Assembly: GCA_963514005.1 (NCBI GenBank)
Contig: OY740821.1
Location: 15,066,001-15,130,000, forward strand
Origin: Raja brachyura
Taxonomy: Eukaryota
Direction of reading: 5' to 3'
Length of the DNA: 64,000 nt
Shown here: one piece after another, positions 60,989 to 64,000 of the stretch
How positions within the stretch are numbered: the stretch's first letter is position 1
Layout: each line of letters starts with the position of its first letter
Made by a program: the position numbers and the translations under genes
Notes under the pieces: model-generated
The model's database searches: none
Told to the model about the DNA's origin: nothing
The model's input: only the letters and a program-made list of their open reading frames with translations

Positions 60989-63900
60989 GAGGTTGCTTTT
61001 GTTTAAAAACAGTGCAAGCTGGGAAAAAAAATCTGATTTGTAAATGAAAGTGCACGTGATTTATTTGTCGTGATACTATTGCCACACCATGTTTTTAAAC
61101 ATTTAAGCAAATTAAAACCCTGATAGACGGGTGGGGGAGGGGGGGGTGAATAAGATTGTGGGAACCTCTTCAATATGGACTCTGCCAGACACATGATGGA
61201 AGTAGTTCTAGAAATAAGGCTACTTGGAGAAGATGCACCACACAACCTATTCCTCAGCCCAGTGTGGAATATTTCAATTCTATTGAACGCAAAGGGGTAG
61301 TAGATATGTGATTTTGTTTTGTATATATATAGAGAGAGAGAGACAGACAGATGGTGGTTAATATTTTCTGATATTTGATTGTTGGCATCAGATGAAATGG
61401 GTTTAGAGATGTTGGTTACCATTGTATACATCAACTGCCATCCATCTGATTTGTTTCCTAATTTATACTGCATACCACATGACTCGGTCATTATTCATTC
61501 TCTTTCCAACCCAAAGGTAGTGAAAACCTGATTTAACCTGAAAACCTTAGTTTAAGACATAAGTTGTACCAAGATTGTGCACAGGTATTTGTCTGATCAT
61601 TGTACACTCCCTGCTAGCTATGTTTTTTCTAATATAAATAACTGAAGTAATTGAGACTACAAGCTTGTGTGTGCAATCAAGAAAGGACGTTGATTTGTGT
61701 CTCATTTGCTTCATTGTTGGCTTTACTTTGATCATGGCAACCAGCATGTACTTTTTTTCCAAATTTTTAATGGTGGGGTTGTTTTTTTTAATGTTCCACT
61801 GAGTTTTGTTTATTTTGCTAAAGAGCAAAAGGGACTAATGACAGGTTAGCTGGTCCATGGGGAATTGGATAGTAAAATAGCATTGGGTGATATCCAGTGT
61901 GTCGTGTACAGACATGAAATAACCTGCTAAATCCTGTTGTGCAGCATTTTCATTTTGAAATTCAGGTGGCCCAAAGCATTTTAGTCTGCAACCACCTAAC
62001 TATCCATTAAGAAAAACGTGACATTCCATTCTCTCATTTCTTTCCAACTCTGTCTTCTAACAGGCCTTGATTTACTAGAACAATAAATATTTGATCATAA
62101 TGGGTGGTATGTGATATAAACCTGGTGACTTGTTTCCTACAGACTGGCAGGTAGTGTGATGTGATGTAAAACTCCTTGTTTAAGCACCATTTCACATTGA
62201 TAAATTTGCAATGTTCATGTTAGATGTATCCACACACGTGAATAGTTTGAATTGTAATTGGTTTAAAGCTTGTTTCCTCATTTGAAGAAAAAACACCCTC
62301 CAGTCCCCCAATAAAGTCAACTTTTCAAGTTGCTGGACTACATTTTCTACAAATTCATGTGCCAATATTCTTTGTCGTCTTAAAATGTTCTTTGTATGTG
62401 ATCTCTGATACAAGTTCTACAGTCGGACATTTCATTCTGTCCAGCTTCTTCCATATCTGGCAGTATAATATTTGTTTCCTTGTTTACATGATATCATGTC
62501 ATACCACGCCTGGTTTTTGTTTTTGCAACAGGATATTGGACTGTAGAGGCATTGTTGCAAGTCTTCTCTTGCCTGACTCCAACATTTAATGGCCTCTATC
62601 CAGCATGCTGTCTTTGACTCGCCTGTAACATTTTCTCTCCGTTGTCCATCCGATCACTCGTGCAAACACGATGGTAAATGTTAGTGTAGTTTGCCATGGT
62701 TAGCTGAAAGCAGCTGATCAGGATCCTGTGCTTACATTGTGTACACTTGTAGCAGAGGTGACGGAACAGAAGGCCTGTGGATGCCGAGTCCATATGGTGC
62801 TGCTGCAAATTCAATACAACGCAGCAAACAAAATTGGGATCTTCGTCGTTGATGCCTCGACCCCACAGAAAGAAAATTGTCACAACATGTTTCCCTATGT
62901 CTCAAAGTCTCGAGTGTATTAATCGATGTGGTTATAAAACAAACTGATTTCTCGCATCTTTACTGACGCCAGACAAGTTTGAAATTCTGCTTTGGATTGT
63001 AAGCATCTTGAGAAAAATGAGTTTGGACATTCTCAACTGAGTTATTTGTCGGATATTGGCATACAGCACATAATTGCCTATGGTTTAGCACTAATTAGGT
63101 AACCTTTATCTAAAGATCAGAAGGTGGGTTATAAAGGAAATGGGGGGAATATGCTGGTGCAGGAGGGGTGCTCTTGAGATTGGATGCTTTTTAATTTTAC
63201 TTCTATTTTGTCTGCCTTGGAGCTTTAGAAATTTATGTTATGGAAAGAACCCATTCAGCCCATATTCTCCCTCGCATTTCCAGAACGACCTTGCAGTGTT
63301 GAGCTATCTATCCACTTTCCCATCTGAAGAATGCCTTGGATATTCTTTGCATTTTAAAAGGGTTTTTAAATTCTGCTTCTGTCTTTGAATAGTGGGCAGC
63401 TTAACTACCTGTAATTTTATTTTGGGACAGAGCAACTTTCAAATTAAATTGAAGAACTGTCCTACACTGAATCATTGAAGAAGTGGAAATTACTTGATTG
63501 CACTGGTGACAGTATATTGAAGTTAACATTTTGGCTGCATCTTTCCTTCTTGCTCGGGGAAACTTGCAAACTAGTTTTCTCCATAATGCAGAGATTCTGG
63601 ACAGTTTAAGCCTACAGCAAAGGCATTTCAGATCTTTGAGATTGAAGGGATGCTGAAGAATATTGTCATTTGATTAGAATAAATTAGGATAATCAATTCA
63701 GTGTTTCTACTACAGAGGTGTACTTTAATTTGATTTTATTCTGCTATGTAAGCAATCAGTTTAAAATGAACCCAATGATTCAATAGTACTGGAGGATACA
63801 GCCTAGTTGCAGTGTATTTTTGGATATGTTTGGGTAAAGTAGGAAAAATATATCACTGGTATGTAATTTATCCCTCAAACTAGGTTCTGTGACACATTTG

Positions 63901-64000
63901 ACCTTGTGTAAAATACTCAAGGTACTGTTGTAGCAAATTGTGGCATGTGTAGGAATCAATTTGTCATGCATTGTCAAATTACTTGCCCTACCCACCACGT

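Noticed and set aside
62192-62922. Cys/His-rich ORFs resembling a BED finger or hAT remnant
   Set aside because: Motif spacing is not convincing and there is no splice structure or TIRs.

Overview
Eukaryotic, intron-rich vertebrate DNA. The repeat complement (HE1-type V-SINEs, CR1, Penelope-derived elements) points to a cartilaginous fish, probably a skate or ray (inference). Three genes were reconstructed by hand from splice sites. PAN2 (+) is present as its 3' half, with 11 coding exons at 4212-18249, an unresolved terminal exon and AATAAA at 21721. An INPP1-like inositol polyphosphate 1-phosphatase (-) is complete, with 5 coding exons at 31259-27424 (375 aa) and a non-coding exon 1 in a CpG island near 37.8-38.2 kb. 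SARNP (+) is complete, with 11 exons at 40808-60685 (209 aa). Mobile DNA includes a decayed DIRS1 retrotransposon (1-3649) with a perfect 79-bp ICR/terminal inverted repeat and an inserted U2 snRNA 5' fragment, CR1, Rex/Babar and Vingi LINE pieces, SINEs and a Harbinger-type MITE. About 13 short Penelope-derived elements, many of them fold-backs, carry minimal hammerhead ribozyme cores, three of which look intact. Highlights are the hammerhead-bearing element family, the U2-in-DIRS chimera and a probable INPP1 ohnolog on the PAN2/SARNP (12q13-type) paralogon. Most ORFs in the supplied track are spurious or repeat-derived. Family assignments come from recognised motifs, not database searches.
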